A DNA stretch of 64,000 nucleotides from Pseudogymnoascus verrucosus (Eukaryota). The stretch is taken from the NCBI GenBank assembly GCA_001662655.1, contig KV460221.1; one strand, given 5' to 3'. Position numbers and translations under genes: made by a program. The notes beneath the pieces were generated by a model that was given only the letters and a program-made list of their open reading frames with translations, was not told where the DNA came from and searched no databases. Each line of letters starts with the position of its first letter. The stretch's first letter is position 1. This document shows positions 11,739-22,517 of this stretch, one piece after another.

Positions 11739-12379
11739 CCTCGGCGGGGAAGGCAAGATATATGAGGGGAAACTCAATGCATATATGGGGAGAGTGACTT
11801 GGAGAACGGGTGAGGAAGTCCGCGAGCGCTCCGGTACCAAAATGGTGACGATTTTGATATTACGGCTATATGAGTGGCCACAAGTGGTACAAAAGAGGAA
11901 ACGGCTCCTTGATATTCGGCATCTTTTTAAAATCTACAGTACAAACCACTCATGTCCACCCATGTCTCCGAGCGTATACGGAGGTAGGAGGGTGGTCCAG
12001 GTCTTTGCATACATCGGATTCGCTTGTGATAGTGTGGGGAAGCTCAATTGGAGGCGGCTTCGGCTTGCAACTTTGCAATCATCGCAGTTCGAGTCCCGCG
12101 CTACGTCATAAGATAAACTGATAACTACCCATGCATCAGTTCTACGTAGAAGCCGATCTGCAATACACCATTTCTGAGAGAATCGTGAGTCTTTCGAGGC
12201 GCAACAATGAACGATATGTTGAAGATTCTGTATATCTACAATTTAGATACAGCTGCCTTTGTCCTTGAATGACGATAGGATCGTTATCGGCAGGGATCCG
12301 TACCTCGGCACCCTCAACCTTATCGTAAGACCGATTTTCCCCGACGCCAACCTATCCCGCACCCCGTGATATACCGAGG
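11739..12379. promoter_or_regulatory. Three CCTCGG/CCGAGG sites (FarA/FarB-Ctf1 type fatty-acid response element) upstream of malate synthase
   Basis: CCTCGG at 11739-11744 and 12303-12308, CCGAGG at 12374-12379; this motif is established for peroxisomal/glyoxylate genes in filamentous ascomycetes. Confidence 0.55.
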
Positions 12380-12624
12380 CTCAATTGTTAGTCACATCAT
12401 GTGATGAAGATCATGTGATACATTATGACTAATTCATGAGTAAGCACATAAACCAGTCATGTGACTTAACGGGGTTTGAAAATTGTAAACCCTATCAACC
12501 GAACCAAGAAGGAGCGTTAAGCGAGAGGCGTGCAGAGAGAGTCACTGGAACCTCGACGACGACAACTTTCCATCGCAACGCCATCAACAGTCGATCTCAT
12601 CCACGAAATCGATAAACCGCCATC

Positions 12625-13081
12625 ATGGGAAAAGTCCACGGATCCCTCGCACGTGCCGGAAAGGTCAAGTCTCAGACACCAAAGGTACGATGATCTCTGA
12701 AACTGCGTTGCTTTGGAGGATGGAAATGAGGGTTGGGAGGAACGGCGAAGCTCGCTCGAAGGGCTCAATCGACGACACGTTTTCTGTGACGACGGGACAT
12801 GTCAGCGATTTGAGCGCGACAACTTCGGGAGCTTCGACGATATTATGGATGGACTACGACACGAATATTCGAACCGGACGCTGATATTCTACGATAGGTC
12901 GAGCCGCAAGAGAAGAAGAAGACCCCTAAGGGCCGTGCCAAGAAGCGCATTCAGTACACCCGCCGTTTCGTCAACGTCACCCTCACCGGAGGAAAGAGGA
13001 AGGTTTGTCAAACCTCTGTCCTTACGACCGCGAACCCAAATACTGACCTGCGCGCAGATGAACCCCAACCCAACTGCCTAA
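12625..13081 (+). CDS. RPS30: 40S ribosomal protein S30 (eS30), 62 aa; join(12625..12684,12898..13002,13058..13081)
   Basis: Spliced translation [62 protein letters not shown]. Confidence 0.97.
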
Positions 13082-13675
13082 ACGACCAGTCATGGACGGG
13101 ACGGGATAGCTGGGGAAGTCTTGCACACGGAAATTGTGGAGGATGTGCCCGGATCAGATGGACGGTGGTTTTAGGAGTGGAGTTTTGTCGCTCCTGGATG
13201 GCGCCGATTGTCTGTGGAGGATGGGACGCATACCATAGGCGCATTTGTACATCGGACGAATCGTTCTTGCTTCTGCTTGACAATGACATTGAGCTCCCTC
13301 CATTTTGTGGACTTCTGATTTGCTCTGGAGACAGTGACGAAATCATGTGCAACGAGCAGGCTATGATAACGAGTTATGTTTTGAAGCTGTCTTATTTCAT
13401 TTCTATGAGACTATACTTCAACGACATCTGAGAGCCTATGGCTTTTAATGCATGCAGTGTATATCTGGGGCAACCATCCCTATCACACCCCCGCCCCCCA
13501 TCCCATAGTTTCAGCGGTGGCTGTCATGCCAGCCAAACCAACGTCACCTTTACAATCCAGTGGCTGAGCCAGTTGGGCGGCTTTGAGCAGTACCTTTGTG
13601 GCACACTCTTTTGTCAGCCTGACATCTTACTCTTCTGCACAGCTGATTGAGAATGCTGACTGGCTTCCATCAGTC

Positions 13676-13740
13676 GGTTTCCCGAAGGAGTCACCGTATG
13701 AGTCGCCGTAAGACTCATACGGTGACTCCTTCGGGAAACC
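13676..13740. repeat. Perfect inverted repeat, 29-bp arms, 7-nt loop
   Basis: GGTTTCCCGAAGGAGTCACCGTATGAGTC-gccgtaa-GACTCATACGGTGACTCCTTCGGGAAACC. Confidence 0.95.
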
Positions 13741-13851
13741 TTGCGGAGGTCAACCTCCGAGGGCATCTCATAGCTGGCGCGGCCGATAATCGGACAGTAA
13801 TCGTATTTCCTGGGTATTTGATCCTGTATCAAACATCCCCTTGGCATCCTC

Positions 13852-14376
13852 TCAGCCGACTTGGGTCGTAGCTTTAGACACCCGGTTCGGCCGCCGCGGT
13901 TGCCTCTCCACATTGACGGGGAATCGCTTCTCGCAGCCACAGTTGCCGCACGTGCGTACCAGCACATCAGCCCAGGGTTTCCTGCCATTTTTGCTTTTGT
14001 TCTCGATCTTGGTCACGCAGGTCGAGCCGTCTTGTACGAGCGCGTCGCAGCGTTTGCATATCGTGTGTTTCATGCCTGGAGATAGGCGGATCTGCATTTT
14101 CATTGAGACGGTGCGGAGGTCGGAAAGTAGTACTCTCGTGAGAAATTGAGAAGAGGCTGGCTGGGGCTCAGCTGGTGCTTGGTTGTGGCTGCTTTCATTG
14201 CTAGCATTTTGTAGGTGGGGTTGAGAGGGAACTGGTGGAGGGGTAGGAATAGCTGGAGCTGTGGAGGGCTTCTCCTGGGCTGATAGATAGGTAGCCGCCT
14301 GGTATAAATAAGACAGCCTGCTATGCAGAGCCTTGTGAGGCACGTTGGCCCCCTTTGCCTGCTTTGCTTTAGCCAT
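13852..14376 (-). CDS. RPR2: RNase P subunit Rpr2/Rpp21 family, 174 aa
   Basis: HSRLSYLYQAA N-terminal motif, K.QIRLS..MKHTICKRC and TCGNCGCEKRFP zinc-ribbon CxxC pairs. Confidence 0.88.
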   Translation of the reverse strand: MAKAKQAKGANVPHKALHSRLSYLYQAATYLSAQEKPSTAPAIPTPPPVPSQPHLQNASNESSHNQAPAEPQPASSQFLTRVLLSDLRTVSMKMQIRLSPGMKHTICKRCDALVQDGSTCVTKIENKSKNGRKPWADVLVRTCGNCGCEKRFPVNVERQPRRPNRVSKATTQVG

Positions 14377-14755
14377 AATATCGTTCCAATTGAATTTGAG
14401 AAAGTTCCCTCGTAGATATATAAATTACGGTGCCAAGTTGAGCCGCATCCGAGCTAGCTGTACCTGGCCTAGCGTGTTAGCGCACAATTCGATTCGGTTG
14501 CCTGTCAAAGAACACGGTCCTCTCGCCAACATCAATAACAACCTCACCTGAACCCCATTCTATCGAATTCGAACCTCGACCACTTTATAGATCGGGACCA
14601 TCGGCATCAATTTCGCGTCATAGAACATACGTCCCATATAACTGGCATAGCAGTTTCGCATATCGCCTTGTTCCAAGACCTTCCATAGAGGTCGCGATTG
14701 AACATCGAAACCAACCTTGCCACACCTTCGACTCCGGTCGTAACCACCACACATC

Positions 14756-16726
14756 ATGTCTACCGAAGAAGATCTCATTGATTACTCCGATGATGAGCTT
14801 GAGACAAAGACCACAGCGCCAGCTGCTGCCGGAAATGGAGAGGCCAAGGAGGGCGATCTGACCGTATCTGGAGGTAACCCCGACAAGAAGGGATCATACG
14901 TCGGCATCCACGCGACCGGTTTCCGCGACTTCCTGCTGAAGCCAGAGCTTCTCCGGGCCATCACTGATTGCGGTTTCGAGCATCCATCGGAGGGTTAGTT
15001 TTTCATCCCTAAGCTTCGTCGTTACCCTTCTTGAACCGTCCGTCCGTCCATCTCGCAAGCAAAAAGAACAACCAAATCACGCTGGAGGAGCGTCCAACAA
15101 CACGAGCGATCCTGGATGTCTCTGCCAATGGCCTATCTCAAATTCTTGAGAATCTTTCCGAGGTTTTCTCGAAAGCAAACTTGGGGGTTGCATGTGCAAC
15201 GTGCGGATGGAGAGTGTCGTGGTGGGAGATATAAAACTGGCATCACGAAGAGACTCCAGGATCGACTCGCTTGCGAATCTATGACTTCCAAGGGATATTT
15301 ATATTTGAGCGAAATCTCAGGATATCATATATCCCGACTATGGCATGAACAGATCGAGCCCAGACGAGGCCGTCGCGAACGTTAAGCTTTGGCTATTTGG
15401 TGATGCTGCGATGATGGACGGACGCTGCGATCGTACACATCCTACTCATTTTGAGAAAACTATATCTGACTCGGCCCGCTTTATTCTACAGTCCAGCAAG
15501 TGTGTATCCCTCAGGCAATTCTCGGAACCGACGTTCTCTGCCAGGCCAAGTCCGGTCTTGGTAAGACTGCCGTGTTTGTCCTGACCACCCTCCAACAAGT
15601 CGAGCCGGTTTCCGGAGAGTGCTCAGTTCTCGTCATGTGCCACACTCGCGAGTTGGCCTACCAGATCAAGAACGAATACGCCAGATTCAGCAAGTATATG
15701 CCAGAGGTCAAGACCGCTGTCTTCTACGGTGGAACCCCGATCCAGAAGGACGCCGAGATCCTGAAGAACAAGGACACCCACCCGCACATCATCGTCGCCA
15801 CCCCCGGTCGTTTGAACGCCTTGGTCCGTGACAAGCACCTCCGCCTCGGAAGCGTCAAGGTCTTCGTCCTCGATGAGTGTGACAAGATGCTCGACCAGAT
15901 TGGTATGGTATATTTCCTCACTAAAGTCAGAGGTACTGACTCCTCTTCCAGACATGCGCCGCGACGTCCAGGAGATCTTCCGCGCCACGCCAACCCAGAA
16001 GCAAGTCATGATGTTCAGCGCCACCCTGTCCCAGGAAGTCCGCCCGATCTGCAAGAAGTTCATGCAGAACCCCCTTGAGATTTACGTTGATGACGACACC
16101 AAACTCACCCTGCACGGTCTTCAGCAGTACTATATCAAGCTTGATGAGAAGGAGAAGAACCGCAAGCTCAATGAGCTTCTTGACGATATGCAGTTTAACC
16201 AGGTCATCATCTTTGTCAAGAGCACCCTGCGTGCCACTGAGCTCGACAAGCTCCTCCGCGAGTGTAACTTCCCGTCTATCGCAGTTCACTCCGGTGTCAG
16301 CCAAGAAGAGCGGTTTGTACTTTCTAGCCCCTTTATCCTTCATGCATCTAACAATATCCTAGTATCAAGCGCTACACTGAGTTCAAGGAGTTCAACAAGC
16401 GTATCTGTGTCGCTACTGACGTCTTCGGACGTGGTATTGATATCGAGCGTATCAACCTTGCCATCAACTACGATCTCCCCGGTGACGCCGACTCCTACCT
16501 CCATCGTGTGGGTCGTGCCGGCCGTTTCGGATCCAAGGGTGTCTCCATCTCCTTCGTGAGCAGCGAGCCCGACCAGCAGGTCCTGAAGGATATTGAGAAG
16601 CGCTTCGAGGTTGCCCTTCCGTAAGTTACACCTTCCTAGTGAGATTTATACATAAACAAAATTCTAACCCCTTACAGTGAGTTCCCAGAGGGTGGTATCG
16701 ACGCCAGCACCTACATGGCGAGTTAG
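14756..16726 (+). CDS. SUB2: ATP-dependent RNA helicase SUB2/UAP56, 438 aa; join(14756..14993,15492..15902,15952..16312,16363..16620,16678..16726)
   Basis: GFEHPSEVQ Q-motif, [19 protein letters not shown] box, [14 protein letters not shown]; all four introns restore frame. Confidence 0.98.
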
Positions 16727-18062
16727 GTGCATTACCCCGCACTTTTCCCGTCGGGCCTCTCTCAACTCTTGCAAAGTCCCCTATCTCGCGCTCTCAGCAC
16801 CTACCGGTTGAGCGCTGAAGGGATGGGTAGCCACGCAGTTTTACGGGCCCTAGTTAGCCTAGTGACGGACCTGGAGTAGGAAGTTTTACGCGCTTGGCAA
16901 CTTTTGTGTTTTTTTTTTCATGGGACTACTACTGGATGGACTAGGCGAGGGGGGAGGGTAAATTTCTTGTCTTGTCTTGTCTTGTGTTTTACCAAGATAT
17001 TAAAAAAAAACTTGTGATTCTTTTTTGAAAGCTCTGTTCCTTGTTGAAGGCCGTGTTTGCCGGTGTCGTCGTGACTAACGCGTGGTTTAAGTGATGTGAT
17101 GACAGGAGGGAGGCGCATGTGCATATGCATGCAATGCAGCCAGTTCTCGTGTGGCTTTTCTTGCCGCCATGGCAATCATCGGTCAGTGCCTGCAATGCCA
17201 TCTCCAGCTACTCTCAAGATTTCAAGCTATAGAGACAACCCATCCCATCCGGCCTTTCCATTCCTAATCTTCGATATACCGTATACAGCCTCCCGCCGTC
17301 TCCTATCCCGAGATAGATGCCCAACCCGATCCAATCCCAGCCCCTTTTCATGTAAATCACCCAGGCACATATTCTCAGCCTATCCTTCAAATCTCCACAC
17401 ATCTAGTAGTATTTGTTAATTTACCAACCACCCATATGTCATTTGTTCGATGATATTGTTCACCGTCGTACAGTGGCTGACCTCAACAGAGTTCAAGAAA
17501 AGGTTTACATTTCGACCAGCCCCCAGTCTCTGTCTCAGTTCAGCTCAGCACAAACGTTTGTGATAACCTAACACGGATGGTTTAGCCAGCCTGGACTACC
17601 ACCACAAGGAGCAAAAACGCCACTTCTTTATCAACTGGGTCAACTCTGCACACATTAAACTCTTGCCTAGTTACTGTATTCTAGGGCTCATTGCTGTTGC
17701 AGGAAGACAAGATTGGTAGGTGAATGCCTACTTGTGATAACTTGGATACGGTTATAATCATAGACTATAACAGACTCAGCTTCGCGAATTAGGTTAGCAT
17801 ACGATGTGATACTCGCCTCTAACCGTAGGTAAGGAGTGATTTTGTTTTAATTGAGCTAAAACAGATCTTAAATTTATAGATTGAGGTTAGGGCAAGTGTT
17901 GCTTCAAATTTACTATAAATATAGGATAAAAGTCCCTTGGTAGTTGTTAAGTATTATAAACCAAAACAAACTACAAAAAAGTATGATTCTCAAACTTTCC
18001 CACATTTAACGCCATCTACAACCCTTAATTATAAAACTCGCACAGCGCATTCCTCACTCAAA

Positions 18063-18389
18063 ATGCGGGTGTCTCTGTATTCGATTTCGATTGGGCTCTG
18101 CCTTTTCCACACCGTCCTCGGCGGTAGTGTGACACTCGTAGGCTCGCGGGGCGCAAAGGGGGATGTCGGGACATGCACCAGCAACGCAGACGACAACTAC
18201 GACGACAAGAAAGTTGCTGATTTACTAGAAGAATTGGGCACAGCAGGTACAAGGGTTGGAAACAATTTTGTCCTTAACGATACTATTTTGTGCTGCGATG
18301 GTGAATTTGTTTCTCAGTTTAGGGGCTTTTGCGAAGGACCACCAATTTTTGGTGTAGCAATGTGCAAGACTGGCGCTTCATCCATCTGA
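18063..18389 (+). CDS. Small secreted cysteine-containing protein, 108 aa (effector-like, no family recognised)
   Basis: ATG 18063 followed by a signal-peptide-like MRVSLYSISIGLCLFHTVLG; five further Cys including a CC pair; TATAAA ~30 nt upstream; AT-rich flanks. Confidence 0.6.
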   Translation: MRVSLYSISIGLCLFHTVLGGSVTLVGSRGAKGDVGTCTSNADDNYDDKKVADLLEELGTAGTRVGNNFVLNDTILCCDGEFVSQFRGFCEGPPIFGVAMCKTGASSI

Positions 18390-21300
18390 GAGCAAGAAGG
18401 GGAGGATATCAAGAAGTCAATGAATAGTAGATCTAGCTATATTGGTAATAATATTATATCTTTATATCGTTAAATCGTGCAATAAATTTCAAACAGAATA
18501 TACTGAACCCAACCTATTTGTGTTCCCAACTCCGTCTCATCTCACAATGTTGCCGTAATAAAATCTCACCAATAATGGCCCGTTTTGAATGAATATATTG
18601 CGATTTTCATGTGCGTGCAAGTGCCACTGTCCCATTTCGCCAGCACCAGTCCCGAGATCATGGAGGACTTCATTGCTTTCCCTAACAATCCTGGCTGTTT
18701 TTTTTGTCGGCCTTAACCCCCTTCTCCCCCAAAACTCCTTCCCCCTATCAACAGCCTCATGCTCATGATCAGCAGTATGAACCCCCTTCGTCTACTCTTA
18801 ACCAACCACCTCTCCGCCTCAACCTTGGACTCCGACTCACTCGTGGGAGTCGCGCTGGCGAGGTTATACAACATTCCCCCTGCCACACCATTTACCCCTA
18901 CCCCAGACGCATCCACGTCCTCATCGCGCAGGACCGTCCAATCCGCGACATCGAGCTAGATGAGTGTCTTCAGTGGCGGAAAGGTAATATAAAAGTATGC
19001 AGAGGGGAGTAGTAAGGCCGAAGGGGTGATGGGGAAAGGATGGTGGCTTGGTCGACCATTTTAAAAGGGGGGGGGTTGAGTTTTTGTGTTGGTGAACTGA
19101 AATGTTCGGAAATAGAGATATATTTGAAATATTGAGAAAAATTGGAAGTTGGCTTTGGGTTTATTTAAATTTGACGTTATGGAAGCCCCTTGAGCGCACA
19201 CCGACTATGATAGAAGGGATGATAAAAGACGCCCAGTGGCCTGAGAGAGGACAACGAGAAGTAGATAGTTAAAATAATGACAAGTGAATCTTCCTTAACT
19301 TTGGACAAAGACACCCTCCCTGCCTTGATGTGAACCCCTTCCTCGCAGTATAGACAAAACAACAACAAAGAAAACCATCAACGAACTACAAATTAAGAAA
19401 CAACTCACAGCCATCAGTCTCAAACCCCCACTACCCCTATCCCCCATCCCTCATCCGACCCCCATCACCAAACGCCATCCCATCCCCTTTAGCATCCAAT
19501 ATCCGCCCCCAGGATGGGAGATCAACACCCACTAGCAACATGCCACAACGTCTATCCTGTCTTGGCCCTCTTCATTCTCCGCGGAGGAGGACCCCTTATG
19601 GTAGATCTTCCCCCTGGTGATCTGTCTAGCAGTTCGTTAATTGTCTAGGAAGTTAAGTTGGTGGGAGATCACTTTTCTTTCTTCTCCAGCAGCAATAGCA
19701 GACAGGGGATAGGAGGTAGGAGGTAATGGGGAGGATGGTATTTGTTTTTTGCGTTACGGTATACTCGAGCGGTGATGGTGATGTGGGTGGGAAAGGGGGA
19801 ATGTCTTAGGACGCCACGCCGACGGAGACATTGACAACCGCCGCCCAGCTCCCATCGATCACCCCCGTCAGTCACCTAGGCGTCATATCCTACAGAACAG
19901 CAGCATGTGCACGCAGTCCTCACCACGACACTACTCAGTCATTCACCTGCATCCCCAATCTCCACACCCGCATACCCTCACATCCAGACACGTCAATTCC
20001 TAATTCCCCTTCCTCCCCATCCAATTCCCATCACAACCCCCCCACACAACACACCGGCAACCCACCCGAGATCGACACCCGCACCTCTTCGCCTTGGCAC
20101 AACCCCCTACCACCCCTCCCCGCTCCCCGGCGCGGCGTCAGCTCGGCAGGGGTTGTGGTGAGGTGGTCGTGTAGGGGTGTGGGTGGTGACCGAGCAAAGT
20201 TTGGAGGCGAGGTGGGTGTGTTGGCGGTTGTGGTTGTGGTTGTGGGTTTGGGCTGGGACGGGAGCGTGGGCGTGGCGTGCGGTGTGCGGTTGTGGTACGG
20301 TGTGCTGGGGAGGGGGGATGGGAAGGGGGCGGCAGGATAGGATAGGAGGGGAGTGCGGGTTTGAAATCCGTTGGTTGTTGCCTGGCTGGCTGGTTGGGGA
20401 TTGATTACATACATACGAGGAGGCACAGACCGACAAACCACTCGCAAACCACCCACAAGAAACGCGCCGGGATTTATTTGATCCGTCCGTATTCCCTCTA
20501 GGCCACACTAAACCAAACCGCAGTTCAGTGCGTGCAGCATGGTGCGGCAACGCAAGGTCCTGACATCAGACGAGCGAGATGGAGTGTACGTGCGCGCCCG
20601 ATTCTAGATCTTCCTAGCGAAGGAGCCGGGGCTGTGGGGGGGTTGTGGTTAGGGGGAGGAGGGGAGCCGAGCCGGGTGGTTTCACGATGTTGGATGGGAG
20701 ATTTGAGGGCTGGGGGGGGGGATTGGTGTGCAGTACAATATGTACAGGTAGGTGGTGATTTATTCGATAGGGGCTCGTGGCGTTTAGGAGAGCAAGTATT
20801 TTGGGGGGGGACAGAATTGACGATGGGTGAATATGATGGGAAAGTGGATGATACGCATCCATTTTCCATATTTTCTCCCCAGTCCTGTTCCTGACCTGTT
20901 TTCTCCTATATCGCCGGATGTAGAAATGTTCTTTTAGTGGCGAAAGGCACAAACAAGCAAGGTACGCGCGACAAAACCACCACCGTTGGGGTACGTACCG
21001 TGACACTAGCGATTATGACGCAGGAGGTTGAAAATGTTGAACGTGTTCCTGACGGCGTCGGTGGTGATGGGAGATTGGAGATTCGGGGGTTGGGGATTGG
21101 AGATGGGCGCAGCGACGGGAGGGACGTCATGATGGGCGGTTTTGTTGTAGGGTGTAGGGTGAATTGACAGGGGAAGAGGAATATCTTTTGCAGGCTGTTT
21201 TGTGAGAAAAGGGGGGATTTTATGAAGAGTAGAGTACTTCTCCTAGGGTTGTGTCTATTCTCGGATAATATAAGTGCATGGGTTGTAATAACAGCACTGT

Positions 21301-21836
21301 ATAATCGAGGCAAGTATAAGCAAGCTAGGGAGGAGGACAGGGATACAAGGAGCTTGGGTGATTTCTGCTTTCCCAGGGGAAACTTTTTTGCCTAGGGAAT
21401 TTAGTAGGGAAAAAACATGATGCCGAGGAAGCCGGCGCTGTTTCGATAGTGGCTTGTCAGTCAGTCTGTGATACCTAGTAATTAGCTCGGAAGGAAGATT
21501 TTCTAGGCTGGTGATACGGGGTTTCAAAAGGGTTGGCAGAGCTGAAAAAACTGACTGGACTGTGATGACCAAGATGCAGAGCGGGAACGGGATCGATCGT
21601 GTGGAAGGTGATTGTGATTGTGAAGGTTTGTTGAGGTTGAGTGATTATTTTTTCCACGTTTTGCTGGTTACCTCATTTGCACATGCATTTTGTGTACATG
21701 AGAAATACTTGTACTGCTTTTCTATACTTTCTAGACTCTAGACTTTCCGTATCTCAGCTCTCTCCAGCAATGGCGATGGATGGGATTCTCCAAAGTCCGC
21801 TCAAGTCCGCCCATTAAATCCGCATTACCCGCTCCT

Positions 21837-22517
21837 CTACTCATCTTCCAATTGCCGCTCCCCCTCCAACTGCCGCCCGGCCTCCAATTGTAGTCTCTCC
21901 TGCTCCCCCAACCGCCATATCCTATCCCTCTCCTCGGCCACCTCATCAAACACCCTATCCATCTCGACGCTATTCATAACCCTCCCATCAAGTGCATCAA
22001 TAAAGATGACCTTCTCCAGCTCGCAAGGCCAGAAGTGATCCTCCGCAACCCTATGCCAAACCTCCATCCCATCCGCACAGATAATACAAATCTCCTCTGC
22101 ATTCTCAAACTGACAAACCTCTACTAACTCCTCAAACGTCACCCGCGTAGTCTCCCTCTCAATCTGCAGCCGCCTGATACTACCTGCCACTGCTTTAAAC
22201 CAACCGATCCGCGTCGGCCCAAGAGACACGATATCAATATCCGGATTCAACCAGACATACCGCGGCTCCGCGCCCCCATCGGCGCACGCGACTTCCTCTA
22301 CCTCCGCGAAGGCCTGGGCGTACAAACCCAGGCCCCTGGCTTCGCGGCAGGTCTGTAGCGGCGCTGGCACGGGCGTTGGGGAGACGAGGTGCCGGACCTT
22401 CGCCTTTCCCTTCCCTTTTTCAAGGGGGAGCATGCGGACCTCGACGGTGCGGGGCTCGACTGTCGCTTTCCATATCAGCGCGCGAATCTCGGGGGGGAGA
22501 GAGCTGAATGTAGGCAT
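21837..22517 (-). CDS. 2EXR-family (fungal F-box-like N-terminus) protein, 226 aa
   Basis: TFSSLPPEIRALIW...PRTVEV...PAPLQTCREAR...YVWLNPDIDIV pattern typical of the family. Confidence 0.78.
   Translation of the reverse strand: MPTFSSLPPEIRALIWKATVEPRTVEVRMLPLEKGKGKAKVRHLVSPTPVPAPLQTCREARGLGLYAQAFAEVEEVACADGGAEPRYVWLNPDIDIVSLGPTRIGWFKAVAGSIRRLQIERETTRVTFEELVEVCQFENAEEICIICADGMEVWHRVAEDHFWPCELEKVIFIDALDGRVMNSVEMDRVFDEVAEERDRIWRLGEQERLQLEAGRQLEGERQLEDE

Noticed and set aside
12685..12897. Possible snoRNA in the 213-nt RPS30 intron
   Set aside because: No convincing C box (RUGAUGA) paired with a D box and terminal stem; long introns are common in RP genes.
16989..17201. KKSHTRTGCIAC resembling the start of a Zn2Cys6 domain
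   Set aside because: Remaining Cys spacing is wrong and no continuing exon found.
18600..19060. Protein-like fragments on the minus strand
   Set aside because: Interrupted by stops and frameshifts with no recognisable family; too weak to call.
19800..21320. Several 100-170 aa Pro/Thr- or Gly/Val-rich ORFs
   Set aside because: Explained by C-rich/G-rich low-complexity DNA; no consistent gene model.
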